IMG/VR virus record: IMGVR_UViG_3300023179_000001
Location: 1-64,000 of that record
Source of the DNA: a virus
Strand: one strand, 5' to 3'
DNA length: 64,000 bases
Shown here piece by piece: positions 55,140-64,000 of the stretch (the stretch's first letter is position 1; each line of letters opens with the position of its first letter). The translations under genes and the position numbers were made by a program. Below the pieces are notes generated by a model. That model was given only the letters and a program-made list of their open reading frames with translations, was not told the DNA's origin and did not search any database.

Positions 55140-55927
55140 AAGTTAAGTTCCTCAAATCCTTCGTCTTCAATAACCGTGTCAATATCCGTGCTCTCGTCCA
55201 CTTGGGCCAGAAGCTTTTGGATCAGTCCTTGTTCTTCAACCTTTTCCATAAGCACAAATACTGCCTCAGAAAGATTGTCGCCAACTCTCCAGCTTTTGTT
55301 TAATCGCTTTGCCAATGGTGCTATCATGCTGTTGAAAGAATCAAAAACATCTCTGTTCAAAACAATAACCGCAGTAGATTCTTCACCCAATGCGGTCTTC
55401 AGTCTTTCCAAATCAACTGGTGCCGTTTCTAATTCTAAATCTTCGGTGACTCTTTCGGCCTCGATAATTGCGTTTTTTAAAAGAGTATCAACGTACTGTG
55501 GAGTAAATCCATAATCCGCAATCTGCTTTGTGGTGCAATCTTTCAAAGCTGTTCTTAGCTTTTCTTCAACCCAACTCGCATAAGTGTTGTTTGAATCGTA
55601 CAGAATAGCCCTTGCTTCCGCTTCGCTTACAGATTCGTACACAACTGGGAGAACACTTTTTTCTTTCCCATGATTAAATTCAAATCCCTCTTCAATTAGC
55701 TCTCTGACCGCAAGCAATCTGTGGTTTCCAGCAAGCACTGTATTGTGTTTTTTCTTGTTGGTTGATTTCCAAACCAGAATGGGTTGATAAAAGCCCTTGC
55801 TCCTAATGGACTCTTTCAACTGTTCCAATCTTTCCTTGGAAATAGTGCGTGGGTTTTCATCGTAAAACTTTAACGATCCCACACTTACATAATCAGATAC
55901 TTCGCAAAGAGTTACTTGAGTGCTCAT
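55136..55927 (-). CDS. ParB/Srx N-terminal domain protein
   Basis: ENPRTI, LKESIRSKGFYQPILV, LAGNHRLLA. Confidence 0.85.
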   Translation of the reverse strand: MSTQVTLCEVSDYVSVGSLKFYDENPRTISKERLEQLKESIRSKGFYQPILVWKSTNKKKHNTVLAGNHRLLAVRELIEEGFEFNHGKEKSVLPVVYESVSEAEARAILYDSNNTYASWVEEKLRTALKDCTTKQIADYGFTPQYVDTLLKNAIIEAERVTEDLELETAPVDLERLKTALGEESTAVIVLNRDVFDSFNSMIAPLAKRLNKSWRVGDNLSEAVFVLMEKVEEQGLIQKLLAQVDESTDIDTVIEDEGFEELNL

Positions 55928-56175
55928 ATTTCTACAATCTCCTTCTCGCCCTTGCCCTTGGCATCATGAATGGCAAGCATTTCTCCATCATTTAGCTGAA
56001 CTCTAATTACTAGCTGATTCGACTCATAGCCGATCTTAAAATCTGTCTCAGGCAAGTAATCCAAATTCTGCAAATGAATTTTATTCCCAGCACGATAGGC
56101 AACAACCAAACCGTTTTCTACATCTGGGGTTGATTCAATCTCTTTTAGTTTTCCAACCTGAAATAGCTTTTTCAT
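55924..56175 (-). CDS. Hypothetical protein
   Basis: Coupled ORF. Confidence 0.6.
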   Translation of the reverse strand: MKKLFQVGKLKEIESTPDVENGLVVAYRAGNKIHLQNLDYLPETDFKIGYESNQLVIRVQLNDGEMLAIHDAKGKGEKEIVEI

Positions 56176-56522
56176 TCGTGCTTTTTCCCATGAGTGTCTT
56201 GATCAAGTCCTCTATCCTTCATGTATTCAGCATCAGGTCTTTCAGACTTTTGAATGTTGTCTGTCTCTTCTGGATGCTGGAATAACAGGTCTTGTTGTTG
56301 TGGATCTGTGGTAACTGACTTTTCTTCTGTACCGTTCATTTCTTCTCCTTCGATATAGCCCAGGATCTCCATGGACTTGTGTAAAATCTTACACCCTCTC
56401 TCATAGATTTCATCCGATGATTCTTTAAAGAAATCGAGCTTGAAATCAACGTGATTCATGGTGTCAGTATCTTCAATTCTAATTCTAAAACTTCTTTTGG
56501 GTTCTAAAACATCTTCGTTCAT
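56172..56522 (-). CDS. Acidic hypothetical protein
   Basis: AGGAG RBS; coupled. Confidence 0.6.
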   Translation of the reverse strand: MNEDVLEPKRSFRIRIEDTDTMNHVDFKLDFFKESSDEIYERGCKILHKSMEILGYIEGEEMNGTEEKSVTTDPQQQDLLFQHPEETDNIQKSERPDAEYMKDRGLDQDTHGKKHE

Positions 56523-57052
56523 GCAGTCTCCTGTGGCAGATCAACTCTAGCCTTGGCTTTTAAAATATCTACTGAGAATTTAAGCTTGGTATCTTTTACT
56601 GTCGCTTCAAACTCTAGGTTTTTGGTTCCAACCTTTTTGCCTATCAACTCGTGCTCAAAGACAACCGTGTTTGAGCCAGCCCTTAAAACAAAGTTCTCAT
56701 CTGATATTTTATTTTCTGAGTTCGACACATCTGTTGCCGTGTAGTTAACCCACACGGTATCACCCAACTGGACTGTCTCTTCTTCTGTTTTTTTCCTGAG
56801 CCCAAGTTTTTCATCCATCCCAGTTTCAAAAACATCTGAAGTAAAGACATTGGCCTTCTCGCAAAGCTCTTTTAACGTGTCAATTTTGGCATCGTAAGAC
56901 TTTAGAACAATCAAAATTTGAGTTAATAACTTATGTTGAGATAATACCCTGCCATCGAGATCAGAGATTTTTTCCGATACATCTCTAACCTGTTGGTTTC
57001 TGTGTTGCAGAGCCTTATTCATCTCTGCGGTGCGTTTGCTTTTGCTGCTCAT
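56519..57052 (-). CDS. Coiled-coil protein with trigger-factor/FKBP-like C-terminal domain
   Basis: VQLGDTVWVNYTA...LRAGSNTVVFEHELIGKKVG...FSVDILK; start at GGAGG-ATG 57052. Confidence 0.6.
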   Translation of the reverse strand: MSSKSKRTAEMNKALQHRNQQVRDVSEKISDLDGRVLSQHKLLTQILIVLKSYDAKIDTLKELCEKANVFTSDVFETGMDEKLGLRKKTEEETVQLGDTVWVNYTATDVSNSENKISDENFVLRAGSNTVVFEHELIGKKVGTKNLEFEATVKDTKLKFSVDILKAKARVDLPQETA

Positions 57053-57443
57053 GTACTTCCTCCAGTTCTTCTTTAAAAGCGACCGCATCAATTACGGTCT
57101 GTGTGTTTTCAAAATAATTACTTCGATAGTATTCGGCTATCGCAGACAAGAAGTCCTCTTTGCATGGGTGAGAGGCTTTTTTATTCCCTGAGAAATAAAA
57201 AAGAATAGATCTCACCATTGGCAAATACTGAGTCTCATCCTTTACCATCTCCTGCCAATGCGGAGCCTTTTCTTTGTACTCATCTGCAAAGAACTCCAAA
57301 AACGATTTCTGATAAAACGACGGAATCTTCTCAAACAACTCTATTGTTTTTAGAAAATAAAAGTTTGCTTTTTCGTCATTCAATAAAGAAACAATTTTTG
57401 AAAGTGCTCTTTTAGCCAAAATCTTATCCGATGATGCTTGCAT
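57015..57443 (-). CDS. Hypothetical protein
   Basis: Helical ORF; start likely MQASS. Confidence 0.6.
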   Translation of the reverse strand: MQASSDKILAKRALSKIVSLLNDEKANFYFLKTIELFEKIPSFYQKSFLEFFADEYKEKAPHWQEMVKDETQYLPMVRSILFYFSGNKKASHPCKEDFLSAIAEYYRSNYFENTQTVIDAVAFKEELEEVHEQQKQTHRRDE

Positions 57444-57615
57444 GGCTGTGGCTCGTGTTCCTGCTTGCGATTGCTCCGACCGTTTCACGAGTGGCATCGA
57501 CTTTATCTTCGAGTGCCTCGATCTTGGTAGCCAAGTTTAAAAGAATCTCAACCGTTGCGGTCTTGATTTCTTCGACGCTATTCATTTCCTGAATTGCTAG
57601 TATTTGATCTTTCAT
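57424..57615 (-). CDS. Hypothetical coiled-coil protein
   Basis: Start MKDQIL with GGGGG RBS. Confidence 0.6.
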   Translation of the reverse strand: MKDQILAIQEMNSVEEIKTATVEILLNLATKIEALEDKVDATRETVGAIASRNTSHSHASIIG

Positions 57616-57935
57616 TTGTTCCCCCTGTCTATGTAAATCAAAACTTTCCAGTTCTCTGGTGTCACTTCTTTGCATCTACTTTCTGCCAGCCGTAACCAAA
57701 CCTTGTGAAGCTTCTCAAGCCGTTTGTGGTTTGCCCACCACTTTAAACTGACTGCTATAAAAACTCTATTAGTCGCAGAGTCCACTTTTATCTTTACTTT
57801 GTCAAAGGCTCTCGTAGTCGTAACCACTGCACCAAACATTAAAAACGTCACCTGTTCTGCCATCTCACTAGCAGAAGAAATTTCGGTAGAAATGTTATTC
57901 AACGAATCTCTCAAGTTTTCAGGATTAAAGTCCAT
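57612..57935 (-). CDS. Hypothetical protein
   Basis: Coupled ORF. Confidence 0.6.
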   Translation of the reverse strand: MDFNPENLRDSLNNISTEISSASEMAEQVTFLMFGAVVTTTRAFDKVKIKVDSATNRVFIAVSLKWWANHKRLEKLHKVWLRLAESRCKEVTPENWKVLIYIDRGNK

Positions 57936-58401
57936 GAATTCTATCCAAAAAAGTAGTCAAATTAAACCGCCCCTTAGTACCCTGGATAAACTCGTGGTTT
58001 ACAAGATCCTTGGCCTTGACGGTGTGCTCCAAAAAGTATGATCCCCACTGTTCCCAATCAAAAACAATCAACCTGTTCTCTCGTTTGAAAACGCCTTCTG
58101 GCTTGATTCGCACGTTAAGCAAAACAAAACTCTTAGCACCTGCTTTGACGGCCTCGGTTAGATGCAAAAACTGGGAGCCTCGAATCTGAGTTTTCCCAAA
58201 AGCTTGCCACTTTTTAATCTGCTTTAGTTCTAAAAGAACCGCTCGTCCGTTGACGCTGGCTATGATGTCGCAAGGCTTCTCTGCTGTGAATCTAGTCCTA
58301 GCCATCGTCCAACTCGTAGGATTATCTGGAATCTTGTAACACCACACGTTTAGCTCTCGAAGCGAGCGCATGATTTCACTAGCAAAAATTGACTCACGCA
58401 T
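57925..58401 (-). CDS. recU: Holliday junction resolvase, RecU-like (PD-(D/E)xK)
   Basis: ESIF, YKIPD, PCDII...LELKQ, QFLHL. Confidence 0.75.
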   Translation of the reverse strand: MRESIFASEIMRSLRELNVWCYKIPDNPTSWTMARTRFTAEKPCDIIASVNGRAVLLELKQIKKWQAFGKTQIRGSQFLHLTEAVKAGAKSFVLLNVRIKPEGVFKRENRLIVFDWEQWGSYFLEHTVKAKDLVNHEFIQGTKGRFNLTTFLDRIHGL

Positions 58402-60166
58402 GGTTCGCTATCCTCGAAATTCCGTGCTTTTTTTGAATAAGCATAGTGTTATCAAACATCCCCTTAAGACTTGCGTCGTGATCAATAACGTAAACCGCTT
58501 TGTCTCGGCCCAGTTGTTTTATGAGAGAAAAGAACTGCCTTCGCCCCTGATCGTCGAGATAGTTACTCTGCTCATCAAAAATAAGGAAATTGAAACTCGA
58601 TTCATAATATTCACTCATGATCTCTGCAAGTCCCATATCTACTGAGAGCGAAATTCTACGTTTCTCACCACCTGAGTAAGCGGCATAAGGAATAGATTGC
58701 CCATCTGTAATAATTGAACAATCAAATTTCTCTCTGATTTCTCCAGTTTTAAGCTTCTTCTGCGTGTCAAATGTAACAGCCACAGAACCCGACGTGAGCG
58801 TGTTGAGATATTTATTAGCTTTAGAAGTGAGACTTGAACAAATCAAATCGAATACAAAACTCTTGATCCCAGAGTCACCGAAAGCTTGAACCCAGAAAGA
58901 TACGAGAGGCAAATCATTCTTGGCTCTTTCAATCGAAGATTCAATCTGAGACATCTTATCCAATATCTTATTTTGACGCTCTTGCTCTTTAGCCTTCAAC
59001 TCCATTACTGGATTTTTGGAATTGGTTAACTCCTGAATTTCATTTTCCAGTGTCAGAATTTGACCTGCGGTGATTCCTCTTGCTGTTTGTTTCTCCTGAA
59101 CCGCAGCAATCTGGCTGCGGATCTGGATCATCTTTTCATCTAACTTTTCAATCTTCTCCTTGGCTCTTTCTTTTAGAGATTCCAAATCTTTCAGGAGCGC
59201 ATCCAGCTTTGCAGCTTCCTTTTCAACGTGCTGGTTTCTCCATTCAGTATCGTTAGGCCAAGGCTGGTTACAGGTAGGACAATTATCCCCAGTCTTTTTT
59301 CTGCTATTGATTTCTCGAATACTCATCTTGATTTCTAATATTTTAGAATCAATCGAATCGTACCTGTGCCTTGCCTCTGCCTTTTTAGTAGTACACTTGT
59401 CTTTTAGGATTTTAAGCAATGAAGTGTCCTCTACCACAATAGACTTTAACTTCTCATTGCAATCTACCAATCTTGAACCAAGCAGCTTTATCCTGTCTGC
59501 TCTCTCTAATTCCCATGCCTTTTCTTGATCTTCAAAGTGAGCGTCCAAGTCCTCAATCTGATGCGACCTGAGAATGTCCAAGTCTCTCTCTGATTTTTGA
59601 ATCTCTAGCTCTAACTCTTTTTGTTTGTCTTTGGCTTTTTGTTGATAACGCTCGTAATTGATTCGCATTATCTTAGATAGGATTTCTTTCTGAGCCTTGT
59701 TGCCAGAATCCACAAAGTTGAACGTATTACCCTGGGCAAACAACACAGTACAGGTAAACAGATCGTAATCCAAAGAAAACTCGCTGCAAATCCACTCTTC
59801 TGTCATCGAAATAGTGCCGTACTCGATGGTGTCTTCGTTCTTCTTTACAATGAGTCTGTCGCCAAACTCCTTGTGTTTCCTGTACCGTGAGATCGTATAG
59901 CGGTTTCCTAAATGATTGATTCCAAGAACCACTGAACAATTCTTTTTATTTCTTCTATTAACTACTTCGTCGGCTTTGAGACCTCTGGTTGTTTTCCCAA
60001 ACAAGGCCCAAGCAATACCATCAACGAAACTGCTTTTGCCACATCCATTCGATCCCCCTTCGTCGAGATTCTCTCCAGTAACTAAGATAGCTCCAGGTTG
60101 TACGGTATAACTTTGAGACTCCCCAAACGATAAGAAATTAGAAATGGTGATAGTCTTTAAATCCAT
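58394..60166 (-). CDS. sbcC: SbcC/Rad50 (gp46-like) ATPase
   Basis: NGCGKSS, CPTC hook, YSGGEKRR, IFDEQ, IDH. Confidence 0.95.
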   Translation of the reverse strand: MDLKTITISNFLSFGESQSYTVQPGAILVTGENLDEGGSNGCGKSSFVDGIAWALFGKTTRGLKADEVVNRRNKKNCSVVLGINHLGNRYTISRYRKHKEFGDRLIVKKNEDTIEYGTISMTEEWICSEFSLDYDLFTCTVLFAQGNTFNFVDSGNKAQKEILSKIMRINYERYQQKAKDKQKELELEIQKSERDLDILRSHQIEDLDAHFEDQEKAWELERADRIKLLGSRLVDCNEKLKSIVVEDTSLLKILKDKCTTKKAEARHRYDSIDSKILEIKMSIREINSRKKTGDNCPTCNQPWPNDTEWRNQHVEKEAAKLDALLKDLESLKERAKEKIEKLDEKMIQIRSQIAAVQEKQTARGITAGQILTLENEIQELTNSKNPVMELKAKEQERQNKILDKMSQIESSIERAKNDLPLVSFWVQAFGDSGIKSFVFDLICSSLTSKANKYLNTLTSGSVAVTFDTQKKLKTGEIREKFDCSIITDGQSIPYAAYSGGEKRRISLSVDMGLAEIMSEYYESSFNFLIFDEQSNYLDDQGRRQFFSLIKQLGRDKAVYVIDHDASLKGMFDNTMLIQKKHGISRIANHA

Positions 60167-60489
60167 TTTAACTCCAAACGCATCCTCACTGTGCCTCTGT
60201 ACTTTACCTTCTCTGTTTTTAAAATCTCTCGATACAGTGAGGCAATTTCCTTATCGCTTTTTGCATAGGCAAACCTGTTGGCCCACCTCTGCCTGAACTG
60301 TATTAAATCTTTTTCTGTTCTGGCCCTGTACCTAATCAACCCAAAACGTGAATTGATATAAAAACACTTATCTCTCTGTGACCACTTAAATTCAGGGATA
60401 ACGTGATGCTCTACAATCTGCTCTTTGATCTTAGTCTTTACCCAACTAGCAACACACCCTGATGCTTTGATTGCCCAATGCTCTTTCAT
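60157..60489 (-). CDS. Basic hypothetical protein
   Basis: Coupled ORF. Confidence 0.6.
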   Translation of the reverse strand: MKEHWAIKASGCVASWVKTKIKEQIVEHHVIPEFKWSQRDKCFYINSRFGLIRYRARTEKDLIQFRQRWANRFAYAKSDKEIASLYREILKTEKVKYRGTVRMRLELKWI

Positions 60490-60839
60490 TTTTCATTAAG
60501 CCTATCCTTGATTCTCTTAGCCTCTCCAGAAATCAAAGCCTCATTTACTACCCTCTCGCCAAACTTGTGCTTCACATCATCCAACTCTTTTTTCATAAAT
60601 CTTTCTCTGAAAGACTTTTGCATCCGTTCTATGTTGTGCTGATCTGTGTCTTTCCCAAACTTGGTCGAAGGAGCTTTTAGCCAGACTCGCTCCAACTCCG
60701 ATTCTTCGCAGCTAGGGCAGGTAAAAACTCCACTGGTAGCAGCAGTTCTCTGCTCTTCTGTGTCACATCCTCTTAAATCCACGCTTCGTTCTTCGTAGTA
60801 GTTACAGATAGGACAAAGTAAATCAATGAGCCGAATCAC
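60486..60839 (-). CDS. FmdB-like zinc-ribbon protein
   Basis: CPIC...CPSC..ELERV; GTG start with GGAGG RBS. Confidence 0.65.
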   Translation of the reverse strand: MIRLIDLLCPICNYYEERSVDLRGCDTEEQRTAATSGVFTCPSCEESELERVWLKAPSTKFGKDTDQHNIERMQKSFRERFMKKELDDVKHKFGERVVNEALISGEAKRIKDRLNEK

Positions 60840-61830
60840 AGAACTCCCTCCCCACATCTAAAAGTTTCTTTTTGTCTCCATTAAATCCAACAAACTCAAC
60901 GTATTTCTGCATCAATCCAGAGATGTTGTGCCTATCTTCTATCTTCAGTCGTGACGTAAACTTTTCTTCAACCTCACGCTCAAGCTTCAGGGAAGCTGCT
61001 GAAAGTTTTAAGTCTTCTTTCCTAAAAGATAGTGCGTGTTCGGAATCTCCCTTTACTTTTACTCTGACAAAATCTCTGTCTGTGTACTCACCTTCGCCCT
61101 TGATAACTCTTTTACCATTCTCATCCCAAGTGACTTCGACTTCGTAGTGCTTGGGAGTCCCAACGATCTCTTCAAACCAGATCTCTTTGCTTTCGGTATC
61201 GAACAAGAGCACCCCCTTGATCTGATCCATCTCTCCGAAATTTTGTTGAAAAGGCGAACCGATATAATGCAGGTTCCCGATGGAGTTTCTATGGTGATAA
61301 TGCCCTGAGAAAACCTGGTCAAAATCTGATAACCATTCAATCGGAATTCCGTCGGTATCAATGTTTGTATCATTTCTTTTAGCACCTTTTATCCCCCAAT
61401 GTACTACTGCGGTTTTGCACTTTTTCAACTTGCTGCTTTTCAAATACTTTTGAATCTCATCCGCTTTTAGATAAGGGAAAAAAGCAATGTCTGAGCAAAC
61501 CTTTGGCTTATCAACTACCATCCAACCAAACTTTTCAAAAACTTTCATGGGGTGAACCAGTCCTCCCCTGTCCTCTTGATCGTGATTTCCTACGATGATT
61601 ACTTGCTTTAACCCAGCTTCGTGCCACTCGATGAAACACTTAGACGCTACGTCGAGACAAGAAGTAGGAATCACACCTCTGGTATTGAAAGAGTCGCCTC
61701 CGTTGATTATCAAAACCTTGTTTGATTTTGACAACTGAACAGCCCTCTCTTTAACCCAATCCAAAACGTACTTACAGGTATCAAGTCGCTCTGGGCGTAA
61801 ATGCAAATCTGAATACATTAAAAGAATCAA
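60823..61830 (-). CDS. sbcD: SbcD/Mre11 (gp47-like) nuclease
   Basis: SDLH, GGDSF, GNHD, SGHYH, YIGSPFQQNFGE. Confidence 0.93.
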   Translation of the reverse strand: MILLMYSDLHLRPERLDTCKYVLDWVKERAVQLSKSNKVLIINGGDSFNTRGVIPTSCLDVASKCFIEWHEAGLKQVIIVGNHDQEDRGGLVHPMKVFEKFGWMVVDKPKVCSDIAFFPYLKADEIQKYLKSSKLKKCKTAVVHWGIKGAKRNDTNIDTDGIPIEWLSDFDQVFSGHYHHRNSIGNLHYIGSPFQQNFGEMDQIKGVLLFDTESKEIWFEEIVGTPKHYEVEVTWDENGKRVIKGEGEYTDRDFVRVKVKGDSEHALSFRKEDLKLSAASLKLEREVEEKFTSRLKIEDRHNISGLMQKYVEFVGFNGDKKKLLDVGREFCDSAH

Positions 61831-62129
61831 TGTACCATCCCATCATCTTCTTCTTTGTAGTTTGGTAACAAAGAAGTTTGCAATCTATCCAACGCAGCAT
61901 CGTCATGACAATGCTCAATAAAGCTAAACAACAACGCCTCAAGTGCTTCGACTCTTCTGGTAAAAACAGGAGTAATGTCAGCATCCCAAAACTTCATGTT
62001 GATAACCGAGTATCCCTCTGCCAAGAATGGATGATTGGTTTCATCAAAAGTTTTGACGATTTCTTTATACTTTTTATAAATAAACTCTGTCGCTGGACTC
62101 ATTTTCTTACTCGAATTCTTCTTCTTCAT
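61827..62129 (-). CDS. Hypothetical protein
   Basis: Coupled ORF. Confidence 0.55.
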   Translation of the reverse strand: MKKKNSSKKMSPATEFIYKKYKEIVKTFDETNHPFLAEGYSVINMKFWDADITPVFTRRVEALEALLFSFIEHCHDDAALDRLQTSLLPNYKEEDDGMVH

Positions 62130-63126
62130 CTAAATCCCCTGACACAATTTTTGTAGGCAAAGATAAAAAATCTGGAATCGGCTCCACCTGTCTGTCGAAC
62201 ACAAATCCCTTGGCATCTAAAACAAATTCACCAGACTGAAATGGAGTACCCACATGGTTTTTTACAGTTTCCATCTTGGTCTTGATTCCACACCACGGAT
62301 CGCCTGTTTTACCGCCCTGCGCTCTGACTTTCCCGATTTGAGTAAACTCCAGTCGAATGGCACTGTAATACTTTGGAGCATAGCCGCCCTTAGCTTGGGT
62401 TTTCTTTCCAAAGGTTACACCTATTTTCGTGGAGATTTGATTGCTCATCACAAAGGCGATTGCGTTATCTGCAATGAGCCCTTGCGTTCTTCTCATAAGA
62501 ACCGTGATTGCTGCGGCTTGATCGGCAGCGAAGTCCCCTCTACGTTCATCTAATTCTTTAGCACAAGGAGTAGCCCCAAGAGAATCCCATACCACCAAAG
62601 CTGGACGAGTCCCGATCTTTTTATTCTTCTTTTGAGCCGACTTAATACTTTGGACGACATCATGTAAATACTCTCCTACTTGTTCAATAGTTTTCGGGTG
62701 CCTGATTATAATTCGCCTAATATCAACTCCCATGTACTCGGCTCTCTTCAGGTCAAACTTTCGTTCGGACAAAAAGAGAAACACGATTCCACCTTGAAGC
62801 TGCATTTGGCGCATTACTTCACAGAGAAAGCTGGTTTTTCCTGCATCGGGCGGCCCGAAAACTTCTGTAATTAAACCACACGGAATTCCATCAGCACAGA
62901 GTACCTTTTGAAATTCTGGGTGTAGTTTAACCCAAGCTGTAGGACGCAAGGCAGAATCGCTGGTAGATTCTGGTACAAAAAGACCTTCACCATCTGAAAT
63001 GCGCTTGGCCTCTGCCACAACCGAGTCAAAGAAATCATCGTCGCTTACGGTTTTGGTTTCAACCACTGTCTCAGTAGCCTTTGGCTTATATCTTTTTCTT
63101 TCTTTGCCTGTGTTGGTAGTTACCAT
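62107..63126 (-). CDS. recA: RecA/UvsX-like recombinase
   Basis: GLITEVFGPPDAGKTS, VVWDSL, NQISTKIGVTFG, GGYAPKYYSAIRL, KNHVGTPF. Confidence 0.93.
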   Translation of the reverse strand: MVTTNTGKERKRYKPKATETVVETKTVSDDDFFDSVVAEAKRISDGEGLFVPESTSDSALRPTAWVKLHPEFQKVLCADGIPCGLITEVFGPPDAGKTSFLCEVMRQMQLQGGIVFLFLSERKFDLKRAEYMGVDIRRIIIRHPKTIEQVGEYLHDVVQSIKSAQKKNKKIGTRPALVVWDSLGATPCAKELDERRGDFAADQAAAITVLMRRTQGLIADNAIAFVMSNQISTKIGVTFGKKTQAKGGYAPKYYSAIRLEFTQIGKVRAQGGKTGDPWCGIKTKMETVKNHVGTPFQSGEFVLDAKGFVFDRQVEPIPDFLSLPTKIVSGDLDEEEEFE

Positions 63127-63344
63127 TTATCATCGCCCTCGTTTTCAAATCGAGATGGGATGTGTTCACGAACCTTTTTCTCCAGAGCAACATCAACAAA
63201 TTCTGCAATTCGTTTGAGTGCTTGCTCTGGAGTTTCTTCTGCTCTCACATCGCTCGACATTGACACATGGAAATCAGCAGATTCGTAATTTCCCATATTT
63301 ACTTTCATTCCTGCTGAATAACTGATTCTGTCCTGCTCCACCAA
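63120..63344 (-). CDS. Conserved phage hypothetical protein
   Basis: KVNMGNYESA motif; GGAGG RBS. Confidence 0.7.
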   Translation of the reverse strand: MVEQDRISYSAGMKVNMGNYESADFHVSMSSDVRAEETPEQALKRIAEFVDVALEKKVREHIPSRFENEGDDKW

Positions 63345-63350
63345 ATCCTC

Positions 63351-64000
63351 CTAAAAATCTAGATCGTCGTCATCGTCACCCAAGTCTTTGGATAAACGAG
63401 CGATTTCTTCATCCATATCCAGATCATCTTCTGTGGTTACAGGAGCCGCTTTTTTAGTAGCTGCTGCTCTGGCAGTTTCGGCTTTCGCCTTGGCAGTCAC
63501 AGTTGTTGTTTTGGCCGTAGCCTTGGTTGTTGTTTTTGTCTCTTCTTCATTCCACTCGTCTGTGCTCGTGTTGTCGAACTCTTCATCGGAGTCCCCATCA
63601 ACGAGTCCTAAAGCTTTCTTCATATCGTCAACGCCCGACTTGTCGTAGTATTTTTCGATAGGCTCCATATCCTCAATCATTGCCATCGCCTTAGCTGGCA
63701 CTTCGCTTTCGCTTGCTAGAGGAATGATTTGATATTCCACTGCCATGCGACCAGCTTTGGCTGGGTTTTTACCTTTGGTGAGTTTAAAATCTCGGCCTTC
63801 CTTTAGAGAAAACACGTTACCGAAATCTCCGAAGTAGCTCCACACCTGCTTATGAACCGTAGTGGGCATCATGTATGGTTGTACGCATTTTTGAGAATAG
63901 TTTAGAATATTCGCAATCGCCACTTTCCTTGGACGGTAAGCAAAAGCAGCTTCTTTCTTACCTTCTTTCAAAAGCTCATCGTACTTTTGACAGAATGGGC
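63351..64000 (-). CDS. Single-stranded DNA-binding protein (gp32-like); 5' end outside the window
   Basis: Frame open to the edge, (C)PFCQKY; EGRDFKLTK; acidic tail DDDDDLDF; next to recA. Confidence 0.8.
   Translation of the reverse strand, partial: PFCQKYDELLKEGKKEAAFAYRPRKVAIANILNYSQKCVQPYMMPTTVHKQVWSYFGDFGNVFSLKEGRDFKLTKGKNPAKAGRMAVEYQIIPLASESEVPAKAMAMIEDMEPIEKYYDKSGVDDMKKALGLVDGDSDEEFDNTSTDEWNEEETKTTTKATAKTTTVTAKAKAETARAAATKKAAPVTTEDDLDMDEEIARLSKDLGDDDDDLDF

Noticed and set aside
417-63648. Many plus-strand and nested ORFs in the track (e.g. 6343..6846, 15842..16291, 47237..47638)
   Set aside because: Antisense shadows of well-supported minus-strand genes, with no recognisable motifs; only 49111..49311 kept
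1-64000. Stop-codon reassignment
   Set aside because: Core genes are full length and densely packed under the standard code; TAA, TAG and TGA all act as stops
1-64000. tRNA, rRNA, integrase or lysis cassette
   Set aside because: None recognised; intergenic gaps are short, and such genes may lie outside the window

Overview
A 64-kb piece of a large myovirus (contractile-tail dsDNA phage) genome, almost entirely coded on the minus strand. In transcription order (right to left) it holds: (1) a recombination/replication block (gp32-like SSB, RecA, SbcD/SbcC, RecU, ParB-N, a DNA MTase, a metallophosphoesterase); (2) a small early operon with two near-identical sigma70 promoters, a shared palindromic operator and an unannotated ribbon-helix-helix repressor; (3) terminase genes with two more MTases, then RmlD-like, cold-shock and FliA/sigma28-like genes; (4) a SPO1/Twort (Herelleviridae)-like head module; (5) neck, sheath, tube, chaperones, tape measure, baseplate and fibres. 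The most notable candidate system is a cargo cassette around the portal and prohead protease. Its 1895-aa polyprotein joins a RelA/SpoT (toxSAS/CapRel-like) synthetase, a HARP-SNF2 helicase and a GNAT-like domain. The modules are separated by repeated K-S...L-x-K-A plus HKY/HLY motifs resembling the inferred capsid maturation cleavage site, which suggests effectors that are packaged, cut by the protease and injected. The phage also encodes its own sigma28-like factor, with TAAA-N15-CCGATAA-type sites upstream of structural genes, and a separate GTTAGATTGAA motif ahead of late genes. No tRNA, rRNA, CRISPR, integrase or lysis genes were recognised. All family calls are by-eye motif recognition, not database searches.
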